Of a stretch of DNA of 64,000 bases, positions 27,927 to 47,100 are shown one piece after another. Location: assembly GCA_964035545.1 (NCBI GenBank), contig OZ037769.1:3391929-3455928 (forward strand), in the 5' to 3' direction. How positions within the stretch are numbered: the first letter of the stretch is position 1; each line of letters starts with the position of its first letter. The position numbers and the translations under genes are program-made. The notes beneath the pieces are model-generated. The model ran no database searches. It saw nothing but the letters and a program-made list of their open reading frames with translations, and was not told the origin of the DNA. The stretch is from Bugula neritina (Eukaryota > Animalia > Bryozoa).

Positions 27927-28247
27927 TGTAAACCGAGACTCGTGCGAAGTCGGAGCCCGAAGACGCGATATCGGAGGGGCCTGCCCGAGATCGGGCAGGT
28001 CTTCCTCCGATGTCGGTCGGCGGAACTCCGACGTTCGCACGAGTTTCGGTCCCTCATTAAGTGGCGGGAATTTCCCCCTATATAAGTACGAAGTTTTTCT
28101 AAAGCAATTCATTCTTATACTGGAGCTCGACACAGTCAGAAGAAATAAATACTCATATATTCATTTTGAATCAAGACTCTTTATTTCCATCACAATAACT
28201 GGCATGCAGACTACTAGTCTATTCTTATAATCCACAAAATCACAACA
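27927..28247 (+). mobile_element. Solo-LTR-like segment containing a long GC-rich hairpin
   Basis: TG start, TATATAAG at about 28079, AATAAA at about 28144 and candidate CA ends. It shares AAAGCARTTCATTCT and AGAAATAAA..TACTCATAT with the element at 58784-59157. No TSD found and boundaries uncertain. Confidence 0.4.
27932..28050 (+). other. 119-nt GC-rich inverted repeat / hairpin
   Basis: ACCGAGACTCGTGCGAA pairs with TTCGCACGAGTTTCGGT, GTCGGAG with CTCCGAC, CGATATCGGAGG with CCTCCGATGTCG, and GGCCTGCCCGA with TCGGGCAGGTC. Confidence 0.9.
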
Positions 28248-29305
28248 ATAGATAACAACGTACACGCCGTAACGTCTGATTCGCAATAAAAAATTAGTTA
28301 TATGTATATTATCAATGTAAAACATCAGCTAAATATTTTAATAATACTTACTTGATATTTTAACAATAACTCACATTAGAGTTGCCAGTTGGTAAAAACG
28401 CAGTGATCTTTACTGGAGGCGAGGGTGATTTGAATGAAAATTGACAGCCCTGTGAACCGTTAGCCTGTGGTCTATATCAATGTTAACAAAATAATATTGA
28501 GATTGGATGAACGATATTTTCAATTCATTTCATTGATAACAAACCTCTCTGATTCAGCTGACGATTTACAGCTAATTAAAACAGCTGACCAAATAATTTT
28601 ATTTTAAATATTTTATATATGTTATCATTTGTTTAAATTTAATAACGTCTGCTCCAATTAAAAACATGCTTTTGTTTTACACTTGTTTAACGACTTTTTT
28701 AAAGCTATTTCTTTAAATGTTTCCGGTTTAGTAGTTATGCAACTGTAAAAAAGAAATTTACTAAAAGATAAATATTAACTATCGTTTATTCATACCCGTA
28801 CTAATTTAGACTCTAGAGCATTCAATTATTTATAAAATTTACTAAGCTGATCGTGTTGCCATTATTTTTTGTGACAAGGTCACATTGCTGTCTGGTTTTT
28901 ATTGTGTTAAGATCAGTAATGATATTTAAATTTTCTAAGTCTATCACTATGAAAAATGGTAGATTTAGAAGTAAAATTTTAATTTTTGGCATCACCTCCA
29001 TGATAAACTTCAAAATTATTCTTTGTGTAAATTTTTAATCTGGATGGTTTTTTGTTTTACACTAATTTTAATTTCAGTGACACATTTTGATTTTCATGCC
29101 GCAAGTCATTTGCATTGAGCATTGTTAGTGTTCTCTTCAATATATCTTCATACTTTCAAAGTCTTTTTTGCTGATAAAATATCTATGTGGTCTATTTTAA
29201 AATAGTCTTTTAGGTTATTTTCGTTAAAAATATAAAATGCCTTAACCCCAACAATGTATAATACATCAATTAATATTTATCTCATATGAATTTTCTAGGT
29301 AGGCA

Positions 29306-32300
29306 ATGGATGACAGTGATGGTCAAACGCTCCTGTTAACTGGAGGCTCTGGTTATGTGGCCAGCGTCATCTTACAGAAGTTTTGTAAGAAATATAAGGC
29401 TGATTCATCAAACAGGAAGCTACCAGGATTGGAGAAAATCTCCAGGGTTGTTCTTGTTGACAAATTTGCTTCTTCTATTAATGAAGAGGATTTCACTGTT
29501 CCTGTGCAAAGTTTTCAGGTAACATTTTTTCTTTTGGTTTTTTTATTCTGTAACTGTTTCTACTGAATGTACCCACTCACTGACATAAAAGTGTTAGTAA
29601 GGATCTATCTATTATAACTCTATGAATACCTTCAATTAGTTAATATTGTTTAAACAGATGTTATAAACAGGGGGCAGCCATGGTCGGTCTAGGGGTTAGA
29701 GTTTTTGGCTTAGCAAACACGGAGTCATGGGTTCAAACCCCAGTAAAAGCCATTGGTGATGTTAGGAAGAACATCCAGTCATCATTGCTCCTATGCCCCA
29801 TCTGAATAAGTCCTTAGCCCGCTTTGAAAAAACACCATTCCAACAGGGGTTTCTCACAGGGATGGCGACTATAAACTTGAGTGAGTTAAGTTTAAACAGA
29901 TGTTGTTTCTGTTTGATTTAGGGAGATATAACTAATCTTGACTTCCTAAGCAAAGTATTTGCTGGAGCCGATGTGGTGTATCACTTGGCTTCTTATGGGA
30001 TGTCCGGCAGAGAACAGGTGGGAGCTTTAGTTATCTCTTGATACTTCAGAGTTGAGTTTATAACACTGAGTTAACAGAGCTTTTCAAATTGCTTAACTTT
30101 TTTTATTTATATGTTATCTGTATTAACTTGTCGCATTTTCATCTAAAATGTCAAAAATAAAAATTAGGTACATAGAGAAATTTCAGTTTCACCTTTGACC
30201 TTTGGCCAATCTATAGGAGAGAAAGTTAAAGTGGGAGAATTATACTTATCTGGATTGGTTGTTATTTCAAGTTTGCCTTCAGTCATTAACTCTGCTGTTA
30301 CACTGAAATGTTATTATTCTGGATGCTGTTCTTTTAGCTTCACAATGAAATGATTTGGAAAGTGAATGTTGAAGGAACTAGGAATGTTATTGAAGGTGAG
30401 AAGATAACTCTTAATTAAGTTTAAAAGCACCTGTGTGTATAAGAATATTTATTTTTCTATTTCAAAATTCTGTAATTGTTTCACTGCTTGATATTAAGGA
30501 AGGTTTTCTTATAAGTTTAGAGATCAAATAATTTTCTTTGAATTTTTCTCAACACTTGGAATAATTTTGGAGTTGTCTGTAGCCTGTAGGCAGAACAACG
30601 TCAAGTCTCTGATATTCACCAGCACCTTCAATGTGGTCTTTGGTGGCCAAAGGATTGAAGATGGAGATGAAACACTTCCATATTTTGATTCAACTGAGGT
30701 ATTACATTGCTTAGTTTATTGATGATTTTCAGTTGCAGAAAAGCATTTGAAATAACAAAATAGTATAAGCCTTTGCTTTTGGCACATTAGTTGTTTTAAC
30801 CAAAAGCTGAGATATTATTTTTACAAACTTTTTTTCAAGAAATGTTAACTTTAAAATGGATGTTAGTATAGCACTACTATACTTACTATATAGATGTGTC
30901 ACTTTAATAATTAAACATAAAGTCAAAAAGGAAAAGGTGACAATATATTATTTTCTATTACTAAAAATGTATAAATTTACCATTTTGTATATGGTGTATA
31001 AATGGTTATAGAGGAGCTGGGATAATTATGGAAACTCAAAAGCCGTTGCGGAAAAATTAGTTCTACAGGTTAACAATACTCTAACAGCAAATGGCACAAC
31101 TACTATAAGTACGTGTGTACTCAGACTAGCTGGTATTTATGGGCCCAGAGAGAGGAGGCATATCCCAAGGGTATTTATTTATTCACATTTTTTTCATAGC
31201 TTTGTTGCGCTCAGGTTGTAACTAAGTTACTACTATGCAATAAAATGTTAACATAAGCTTAAAATCATGAGGCATTCATATAAAATGTTGTACTGTAAAT
31301 TCATTTTAGATTTTCATACTGTCTTAGCAATAAATTGAGTAAATAAGGAAACATTTGTAAGCCGCAGATTAAATGAAGATGTTAATTAGTGGCACAATTC
31401 AATCTCAAATATTGCTATGCGAGGAGTAGCAGTAGGGTTTAATAACAATTATTATGCTATAATATAACACTATAAATTAATATAATACATAGTGTAATAT
31501 GTATTATAATACTAGGATACAGATGACTATAAAAGTGTTTGTAACAAATCTAAAACTCATTAGTTAATTGAATAAATATTCTTAACTACAGAGTTATCTT
31601 CTCCTTGAATATCCATTTTAAAAATTTTTTTTACTTCGTGACAAAAGTGCGTTATGCTTTCTCAATTATCACTCAGAAGTTTTCTAACCATTTCTTAGAA
31701 AGTTCTGCATGGGATAAGATGTATACGAGAAAGATATAACGATATTATAACGCTGTGTAAAAGTATTTATTAGATGTATTGAGATATCATTTATAATTCA
31801 TGATGCATTACTTAAAAAATTGACTCTTCCACATTATAAAACATTTTTGATACCCATGTATTTGTGCTGTTAGATTTGGTATATATCATAAGCCTTCTAT
31901 TAACAGGGTGGAAAAAACCCAGAGGTGTAACCTAATTTATAACAGGTTGAAATTGTGCTTTCTTACTGCATGACATGTTCCGGGTTTTTCCAACAGTTTG
32001 TCTAAGAGAAAGCAGCATTGATATGTTTTCTATGGTTTATCTGTTTTACCTGCAGGTTGTGAAGGCCATGAAACAGGGCATGTTTCTCTTTACATACGGG
32101 GACAATCCTATAGTAGAGTTTGTACATGTAGAAAATGTGGTGCAGGCTTTAGTACAGGCTCAGTACTCACTCACCCATTCCAACTCTGTTGCTGTAAGTT
32201 TAATCAAACTGACTCATACCAACTCTGTTGCTGTAAGTATATTCAAACTGACTCATACCAACTCTATTGTTGTAAGTATATTCAAAATGACCCATTCCAA

Positions 32301-34189
32301 CTCTGTTGCTGTAAGTATATTCAAAATGACCCATTCCAACTCTGTTGCTGTAAGTTTATTCAAACTGACTCATATCAACTCTGTTGCTGTAAGTATATTC
32401 AAACTGACTCATACCAACTCTGTTGCTGTAAGTACATCTAGAATGACCGTACGTTAACTCGAACTGTCTGTTTTATATCCAGGCTGGAAAGGCATACTTT
32501 ATTTCCGATGGCAAACCAGTGAATAATTTCGAATTCTTTCGACCATTGGTAAGACATGAAACAATTTTATTGGTGAATGTTTTATTTCTGTGAAACTTAT
32601 TTTAGGCTAAAGTAGACAATTAACATTTAATGAAAGATAAATGAAAATCGATGCATTTTCTATCAAAGATTAAAGTTTTGAGAATGTCCATAAAGTGCAG
32701 ATTAGTAATTAATAAAATTGATGTGTATTTTTTGTAGTTTTTCTAGCTGAAGGTTCATCGCTATTTTTAGTTCAATTTGTTTTGTAAATTTATTTTAGAC
32801 AGAGGCACTAGATGTACCCTTCCCTAAAATATCTGTACCAATGTGGCTGGTTTACTTCATAGGTGGGTGTCTGTTTCCACCTCTCAGTGCATTATTCATG
32901 GTGATGGTATATTTGCTCTGCATTGCTCCATGTGGTTTTGACGAATTGTGACATGGAATTAACTTATATGTACTGACCTTGTATTACTTTATACTAACCC
33001 TGTATTACTTTATACTAAACATGTACTGCTTTATACTAAATATGTACTACTTTATACTAAATATGTACTACTTTACGTATAATCCCATGTAGCTTTACAT
33101 TGTAATATTGCACACACTAACTCAGTATTCCTCATTTCATCTTCGTTTGTGATCAGTACTACATACAGTCGGACTCTTAATTTAGCAAAAAACACTGAAC
33201 TACCAAACTTGTAGGAGTTATCATATCTTAGGAGTTATTACCTTTTATGGGTCAATAGTTTATTTGGTAGTAAGATCATTACACAATTCATACTGTCCTT
33301 TCAACTATCAGTGTAATATCTACATATTTTGTTTTGTGCTCTTTTTCTGTCCTCTTGTGTTTATTGAGTATTGAGTGAATGCTAAAGCTTAAAATTGTTG
33401 AATATATTGTTGACCTCATCATGGCTTTTGTTTTCAGCTTACATTATTGAAATAGTTTATGGATTGGTTCACAACTTCTACGACTTCCAGCCGTTACTTT
33501 GCCGAGCTGAGGTGAGTAGTGCATCAACAGAATACTCCTTGCCGTTGAGTTTTGTCATTTTATTGTTCACTTAATTACAATTCTAATATTCATCCAAGTT
33601 TTTCTTCTTGTTGTTCATTGCATCATATTCTTAGTAATAGTTTTAATGTTCTATCTGTAGTTTAAATGATTGAAAAGTCCACAGATTTAACTTTTTATTT
33701 CTCTATTTTTAACTTTTTATTTCTCTATTTTTAATGTTTTATTTCTCTATTTTTAATGTTTTATTTCTCTATTTTTAATGTTTTATTTCTCTATTTTTAA
33801 TGTTTTACTTCTCTATTTTCGATAAATTTTTTGCATTTATATTATATTGTTTTATTTCCCTATATTTAATATTTTATTTCTTTCTATTTTATTGTTTCAT
33901 TTTTCTAAATTCGCTGTTTTGTTTGGGGTTTTTTATATTTAATGTTTTGTTTCCCCAGGTGTATAAAACTGGACAGACGCACTACTTCAGTATAGAAAAA
34001 GCTAGGAAAGACTTGAACTATGAGCCTCAGTTCCAAAACGACATGCATACTGTGTCGGAGGAGTACAAGACCCCACCTACCAACAGTATGAAAAAGCATG
34101 GGACCAGCTGCTCTAGTATATTCATTAGCATAGTTTTATGTATTCTGATATTTAGCCTTATCATGTCTCTATTACCAACAGCTGGTTGA
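29306..34189 (+). CDS. SDR42E1: Extended SDR, 3-beta-hydroxysteroid dehydrogenase family (SDR42E1-like), about 10 exons (approx. 29306-29518, 29921-30017, 30338-30395, 30582-30698, 31012-31170, 32056-32193, 32483-32548, 32799-32862, 33438-33511, 33959-34189)
   Basis: LLTGGSGYVA Rossmann motif, VYHLASYGMSGREQ, FTSTFNVVFGGQ, YGNSK catalytic YxxxK, GIYGPRERRH, AGKAYFISDGKPVNNFEFFRPL, THYFSIEKARKDLNYEP, and a C-terminal TM. Confidence 0.88.
29663..29889 (+). mobile_element. tRNA-derived SINE, full-length with 15-bp TSD
   Basis: A box TGGTC..TAGGGG, B box GGTTCAAACC, body GGTGATGTTAGGAAGAACATCCAGTC...GGCGACTATAAAC. GTTTAAACAGATGTT is duplicated at 29648-29662 and 29890-29904. Confidence 0.85.
32168..32436 (+). 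repeat. 39-bp tandem repeat spanning the exon 6 donor of the SDR42E1-like gene
   Basis: Seven copies, each with GTAAGT, at 32194, 32233, 32272, 32311, 32350, 32389, 32428. Confidence 0.9.
33685..33822. repeat. About 22-bp AT-rich minisatellite TTTTATTTCTCTATTTTTAATG
   Basis: About 6 tandem copies in the last intron of the SDR gene. Confidence 0.8.
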
Positions 34190-35532
34190 AGTAAACAGAG
34201 TCAGTTAACTAACCTAATCAATGATGGAAACACTCAACTTTTTAAGAAATTTTTGTTTTCAAGTCTACACATATAATTTTTTAGGCAAACCATTTTACTT
34301 TCACATTCAGTTCAAAAAAACTGCAAATGTACTGTTTTTTACTGGCGATTTGGGAAAATTTATCTACGTACTGTAAAACGTGTTATGATCTTATAGCATA
34401 TTATGAAATACCTGCTTTGTGATTGCGTAAAGTGTAAAGCTTTCCTTAGCTACAGGGTAGTAGATTTAGCTATATCATAGCTTCACACCAGGTTTTTATG
34501 TTTGACAGTTTGTATCTTTCTAAACGCAAAGTTTTTTTCTCATTGCTTACTATGGCTAAGTAATTGCACAGTTTATTTAATGTATTTCAATTACTACTGG
34601 GCAATATTAAAGTAAAATATCAACGATTGCTTTTGTCTAATAGGTTAGCTATATTATTACATTGTCAATGATGTCAATTAGTATTACATTCACCATATTT
34701 TTGTCATTGTACTGTATGTGTGTTTGTTAGTAGTTGTAGTTTCCTGTGATAAGACAACTCTGCATACCAGTGTTTTGTTGCCATCACTGCAGTTTGGTTC
34801 TCATCTTGTCTTTCATCATCTCATTGAGCTCTATAATAATTATTTCTGTATAAAACTATTTATTAAAATAATATATTATACCTTCATTTTACTTCCTAAA
34901 ATGCGGAATTTTTACCAGCTAAGCTAATTTTTACCAGCTAAGCTGTGCCGAAACTCACTTAGAAAAACAAACTATTTGCAGTTGAACTTTTAGCTATAAT
35001 TAATATTCTTTGCTATACCAACTGCACATGTAGGCTGCAGTTTAAAATAGATAGTAATTATAATTTGTCTGAGGAAGCAAAGTATGTATAAAATCATATA
35101 GCTCAAGATTTTAATGGCACCTTTAGCTAAATTCTGTGATGTGATAACTTACTATTGTGGTGTCTATCACCCCCCCCCCCCTTCTTTACATAGCATAAAC
35201 TTTCTGTACATAGACTCAGATACATAGTTTTAAAGATATTTATTTTATTCTTAGCAATACCTTTAATAGGCTTTTGAAACAATTATTAGAGTATTCTGAA
35301 ATAACATTTAGTGCTGAGCTGATGATTGAAATGTCACCATCTTACACAAACTAGTCATTTTCAACTCCTGCTTTTAATACTAAGATTTAGTGTATCTGGT
35401 GGTATTCTTGTATTTTGGTTGCTTTGTAAATCTATAATTATTTGTGAAAGGTAATAACATATAAATAGTATTACATTGCTTTGCCTACTTGTATTGAATC
35501 ACTAAATTAGAAACTGGTTCTCTTATCAACCG

Positions 35533-35605
35533 GGTCTTGCGGTGTAGTGGTTATCACATCTGCTTAACACGCAGAAGGTCATGGGTTCGAAACCCATCAA
35601 GACCT
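35533..35605 (+). tRNA. tRNA-Val(AAC)
   Basis: GGTCTTG/CAAGACC acceptor stem, TCTGC-TTAACAC-GCAGA anticodon arm, ATGGG-TTCGAAA-CCCAT T arm, and a downstream T run as Pol III terminator. Position 8 is C rather than the usual T. Confidence 0.85.
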
Positions 35606-36695
35606 AATTTTTTTCATTCTCATAACATAACATGCTTTTCAATTTTTTTCTCACAATTTATTTTTCTAAAATTACTGTAATAAGAAAGGGTATTTTAATG
35701 CGTAAACCAATAAAATTGAGACTATTTTCACACAAAGGAGGTCTTGAATATGCCTAGTGTAGAACAGTAGTGTGGAAAGTTTAGTTAAAGCATGCATCAT
35801 TTTAATTCTTCTGTAGGTAGGCTACTGTGTCATACCATTTTATGAAACGTAAGCTTATTATGTAAAACTGTTATGTGATCACAAATTTCTTATTTTTCAA
35901 GAAATATTAAGTTTGCTTTGTTGGGGAAAACAAAAAATAAGAAGAGTAGATATAATGAGTTCAACCAAGTGATCGAGTTATTATCTTCAGCAATATCTTG
36001 AAAAAGTTGATTCCAAATTAGAATGTGCTGCAGCAGTGCTGATACTGTAAAAGCTACAAAATACCGTTTTCAATTTTGTATAGTTATCAATAATTTTCAA
36101 TTTAATTTAATGTTATATGTAGGTCAGACAATGCAGATGAGATTGACTGTGGCTTACAGCTACATAATTTATTGGAGTTTATTACTGAAGGATGAGGTCT
36201 TTATTGGTGGTAATTTTTGTTATGACTTTATTTTCATACACATTTTTTACTTCCCATGGCTGATAAGATAACTCTTAGCTGTGTTGTTGGTAAAAACTGA
36301 AAGTCAAGCGTGTTCAGTTCTTTATTAATTGACGTCTTCATGCAAACAATAACATCTGTTGGTTTACATGCCTTTCGTTTAATGCTTTATATACCTTTAC
36401 ATAAAAACTGTTATTCACTTTTACTACTCCTCTGGAGCTAAATGTGGGTACTAATTTTACAAATATCTATTCTGGTCTTAAACTTTTTTGAAAAAAAAAT
36501 TTAATTTTGCTGATAAAACTTGTATCCAGTGTTTAGCTTATATCTATCAACATTTGTGTACTACAATTACATTATATTACACTTGCAGTTATAGTAATTA
36601 TACTTCATTTAAATACTTATATTATTTTAGGTATTGGTAATTATACAAACTGTGTATAGCTTGTATGTTCTAAGTATTTCACTATTCTATTTTAG

Positions 36696-42547
<5,852 letters not shown>

Positions 42548-44137
42548 GAGAAAGTCATAATATTGCAAGTTACATGCTTAATATTTGGCATTCCTTAGTG
42601 TGAGTAGATAACTCCACAAATAAAATATTATCAACTTATTTTGGTAATTTGATGTACTTGGACATTTTATTGTCACAAATAACTATAATGTATACACCAT
42701 AATCTTTAGATTCTGTTGGGGCACGCAAAACATCAGTTTCCAATTATTTACGAGTTAAATTTAATAGCAAATTTCTTCATTCTCTTCAAATTATAAAAGG
42801 TTCTTTCAGCATTTATTTTCAAAAAAATCAGTTTTAATAAGGATAGCCTACCAATCTTTCTTGCAATTTGTTCTTAAGTTGGAAGCTACTAACTTTTAGC
42901 AAAATGAAAAATAATTATGGTGCTGAAATTGTATAAATCTTTTTTAAATTAATAACCAGGAGAGCAAGTCTAGCTCTGGACATTTATAGAGGCTAATGAG
43001 TAAATTGCAAAAAAGTTTGTAAGTCAAATCAACTGCCAGATTTGCCATGTTACTATTATTTTCTTACATGGTTATTTTTCAAGTGTGACACATTATTACA
43101 TCACCCAAACAAAAGTCTTCTGGCAAACCTAGTTAGCTAGAACATGCATCTTATAATTTGTAACTTTGGTGATATCCCATAACTTATAATTTTGACTAGG
43201 TGTTAGCTGCATAGAAACTATAAAGAACTCCATCAACAGAAGGAAAACTTTTACCGATCAATTTAAGAATAGCAGTCTTTCCTACCTCTAACTTTCTAAG
43301 ACTGATGCACAAAACAACACAGACAAGGTTAGGTTGCAATGCGTAGAAAGCAAGAGACAACTGGGTGTACGAGTTTGAGATTACAGAACTTGTCAGTTTG
43401 AATATTTTATTTAATAGAAAAATATTTTCTAAGCATGAAAAGAGTTTTAAGTAAAATTCTAATACACCAGTTGAGTTAAATTGCTAAGACTCTGTTTGCA
43501 AACTGATCACATCTATAACAAATAGTTACAATGACTATTTTCAATGGAGGTAAAAATAAAATTTTGTAAATTTTCATAATAGTTTCCTATACTAAGTCAA
43601 GTAGTTTATTCCTAAAAGTACAGCACTTAAATAAAAACACCGTAGCATAGAAAATAGAGTAAAATACCATCAATTGGCCACAGAAACATCAGCTGCAATT
43701 TAATTGGAACAAAAGAATTCTATTAAGACACACAAAGAAACATTTGTCAATAAGACTCATCAACAAAATACTGAAATATGCGGGTCTAAAACATGAGCCA
43801 TAGAAAGATTAGGTTTTCAGTAGAATGAGAGTTCTCAGTCTAACGTAGCATTAGTTCTTACTCTTCTCCAGGATATCACAACAACTAAGTTTAGCTGCAG
43901 ATCCAAACAAGCTACGCAGTTTTAACAGGTAATTATTTGCTCAATTACAACTTACTATTCAACCACAAGGCAAATCTCACTTTGTTTTTGAGATTAGACT
44001 TTTAGTAAGCTCACTTGTTATTGGTCAAACTAAACTTTTGTCAACATTGATTGGTTAGTGACTAGTTGAACAGCTACAGAGTGTATAGATATGACAAAGA
44101 TTCATTGGAGTATCAGTTCATCAGATCACTAATACGT

Positions 44138-47100
44138 CTAGACTGATAATGACACGTAGCTATTATACTGCTGAATATTTCTCTTCAAAATGTCCGAACA
44201 CGGCCCTAGTACCCTCTCAAACCGCTGTCGGTCGAGTTTAACACATTTTAGTGGACCTTTGGCTATGACTGTAGCAGCTCTTGGTCTATCTAGTAACAGT
44301 GCAATCTCTCCTACAACACAAACAACAATGGTCACATAACTCCCTATATCTTATTATATTTTATATAAATCTATAATAAAAAGTTAAGATAGTTCACGAG
44401 TCAATTTCATTTTAGAGCAGACAACTCTAAATCTGTTTGAAATCCAGGCAGAGAAATAAAAAAGGGCAAGGATAAAAAAATTGATTAAAACTTGAAAATT
44501 ATGAAACGTCACCTTGTAGATCAGAAAGATGAATTTCAAGTCAACACGAATACAAAAGATAATGAAGTTGAAGAAAAACTTGTTGATTAAAAACTTGCTT
44601 TCCTATCATACTACAGGGTAGCTTTGTAAATTACACAAAAAAGTTATTCAAAAACTGTGACTAAATAAATTGTTTTCTGATTTAATAAAGTAGTTGAGTT
44701 AAACAGTGATGAGATTATAGTATTCTATTAAACATATTAAGTACAGTACCAAAATAGTCTGACGCCCCGAGTTTGCCAACTTCTACCGCTTGTTTATCCT
44801 CAGGTCGCTGTTGCTGCACCACAGCAGTACCCTGTGAATAAGGAGTGTAAAGATTACCAGACTATACTATCTACTAGGCCATAGCAACCCCCTGCTACAT
44901 CATAGCAACCAGATGCTACAGCATAGCAACCTCCTGCTACATTATAGCAACCACCTGCTACATCATAGCAACCCCCTGCTACACCATAGCAACCACCTGC
45001 TACACCATAGCAACCACCTGCTACACCATAGCAACCAGATGCTACAGCATAGCAACCTCCTGCTACATTATAGCAACCACCTGCTACATCATAGCAACCC
45101 CCTGCTACACCATAGCAACCACCTGCTACACCATAGCAACCACCTGCTACACCATAGCAACCACCTGCTACACCATAGCAACCTCCTGCTACATTATAGC
45201 AACCACCTGCTACATCATAGCAACCCCCTGCTACACCATAGCAACCACCTGCTACACCATAGCAACCACCTGCTACACCATAGCAACCTCCTGCTACACC
45301 ATAGCAACCTCCTGCTACATTATAGCAACCACCTGCTACATCATAGCAACCCCCTGCTACACCATAGCAACCTCCTGCTACACCATAGCAACCTCCTGCT
45401 ACATCATAACAACCAGTAGCTGCATGCATGAAAATAATTCGGAGTTGTTGTCACATGGTGAGAAACTTTGTTACCCTAGTAAGTTTAAGTAGTTGAGGTT
45501 CACAATAAAATGCACAACCCAGTCACCCACATGTAATATTTTACATTTACAGTATTCTATACAATACTTAAAGTGGTATTTAGAACGTAACACAAACGCC
45601 AGCAAAAGTTGAACTGACTAGTGCTTAAAAGGCTAAAGGAACAGTCCCAATCTAAGACACGGTGTATTATGCAGCTAGCATGGTATAAAAATATCGTCTG
45701 AAAACTGATTAATATATAAATACTGAAACAACGAGATTAGTTACACCCTACACCAAGCATAATGATTTAAAACAGACTGTAAGCCTAACTTACTTACAGC
45801 CAAACATTGAGAAAATGGAAACAGAAAAAAATACCTCAATGATGAGAAAGAAATCGTCGCCAGGTTCACCCTGTCTCGTTATCACTTCCTGGTCTTCGAA
45901 GGAAACGGGTTCCAAGGCATCGGCTATGGTACATCTTTCCCACGGCTCCAGGTTCTCTATTGTTGCAAAAAGTGACAGTATTTACTATTCATATACTAAA
46001 CTTTAGTATGTAATACACGTTATATAGACAGCTGTACGCCACCCTGTGTCATTAGCACAACCTGTTGTATGTATTAGAATACTTTGGTAAGAAATGCTAC
46101 CAACAACCCAGTATAATAGTAAATCAAATTAATTGTCTGTAAACATTTAAAAACTTGTCATGAATTTCAGGAGTTGTCTTATTTTATGCAAAGGTAAATG
46201 TATTAAACCTGAGATGCAAAACTCTGAGAAGATGGCAATGAAAATACCCCACAAAACCGGAGAAGATAATTAGTTACTATAAAATGGCTCATTAAAAGTT
46301 TCATATTTAAATATAATACACATCTTTTCAACAGATAAGACCAAATGTAGATCACAGTGCTAACAATGATTGCCATGTTTAAATAATGTGAAAATCAAGG
46401 AGATACCTGCGCAAAATTTGCCTTCCAGAATATAAGAGAAGTAATAAAGTATCAACTCATGAGTGAACAGACAACTCCCTGCTTATCTACTTGAGTTTAT
46501 TTAAAAAATCAGTTACAGGCAACAATTTTTTTGCATTAAACGCCCGATTTCTTCTATGCCTATGTATATGCACATTTAACATCAGAGTAATATGAATAGT
46601 CAATGAAGAGCATTATTACACTTTATAGGGAGCAGCTGTGGTCTAGTGGTTAGAGTAAACTGTGGTGATACAATGGCTTGTGATAACATGTAAGGAACAG
46701 GTAAGAGACACCAGGTTCTACAAATACACACTTACCTAATATCGATACTTTAGACAAGAACTCTTCATACATCTTTCTCTTCCTTATAGTACTTCCCTGG
46801 AACAGGTAAATGCAGACGTACAGGTGTCAAAACAAGACATAACATCTCTACACTGATCCAAGGGTGTAATAAAACTCAGCTTACACTAACTCAACACTAA
46901 TCTATGTCAGACAGAGCGTGTAAATCTCAAATGCAGATTGTAAAAACATGCCATCAGTTTGATGCTGCCCCAAATTTCTCAGTAAAATATTACAAGGTTC
47001 AAAGACAAGTCAGCTGATTGGCTGTTCAATTAAAAAATGTTGAACCAAACTTGGTATTGATGAGTCACTTCACACCTGAATAATCACCAGATAGGCTGAT

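Noticed and set aside
27930-28070. Hammerhead ribozyme on the minus strand (TTAATGA-G-GGAC-C-GAAAC...GTC)
   Set aside because: The core deviates from CUGANGA at two positions and the sequences needed for stem I do not pair. The GAAAC/GTC match is explained by the hairpin itself.
27788-28230. Short ORFs across the GC-rich hairpin
   Set aside because: Open only because of local GC content; no recognisable protein features.
44854-45429. Nested Gly/Cys/Tyr-rich or His/Leu-rich protein gene
   Set aside because: Pure 21-bp repeat inside a PRKAR1 intron; open frames are expected for a stop-free unit divisible by 3.
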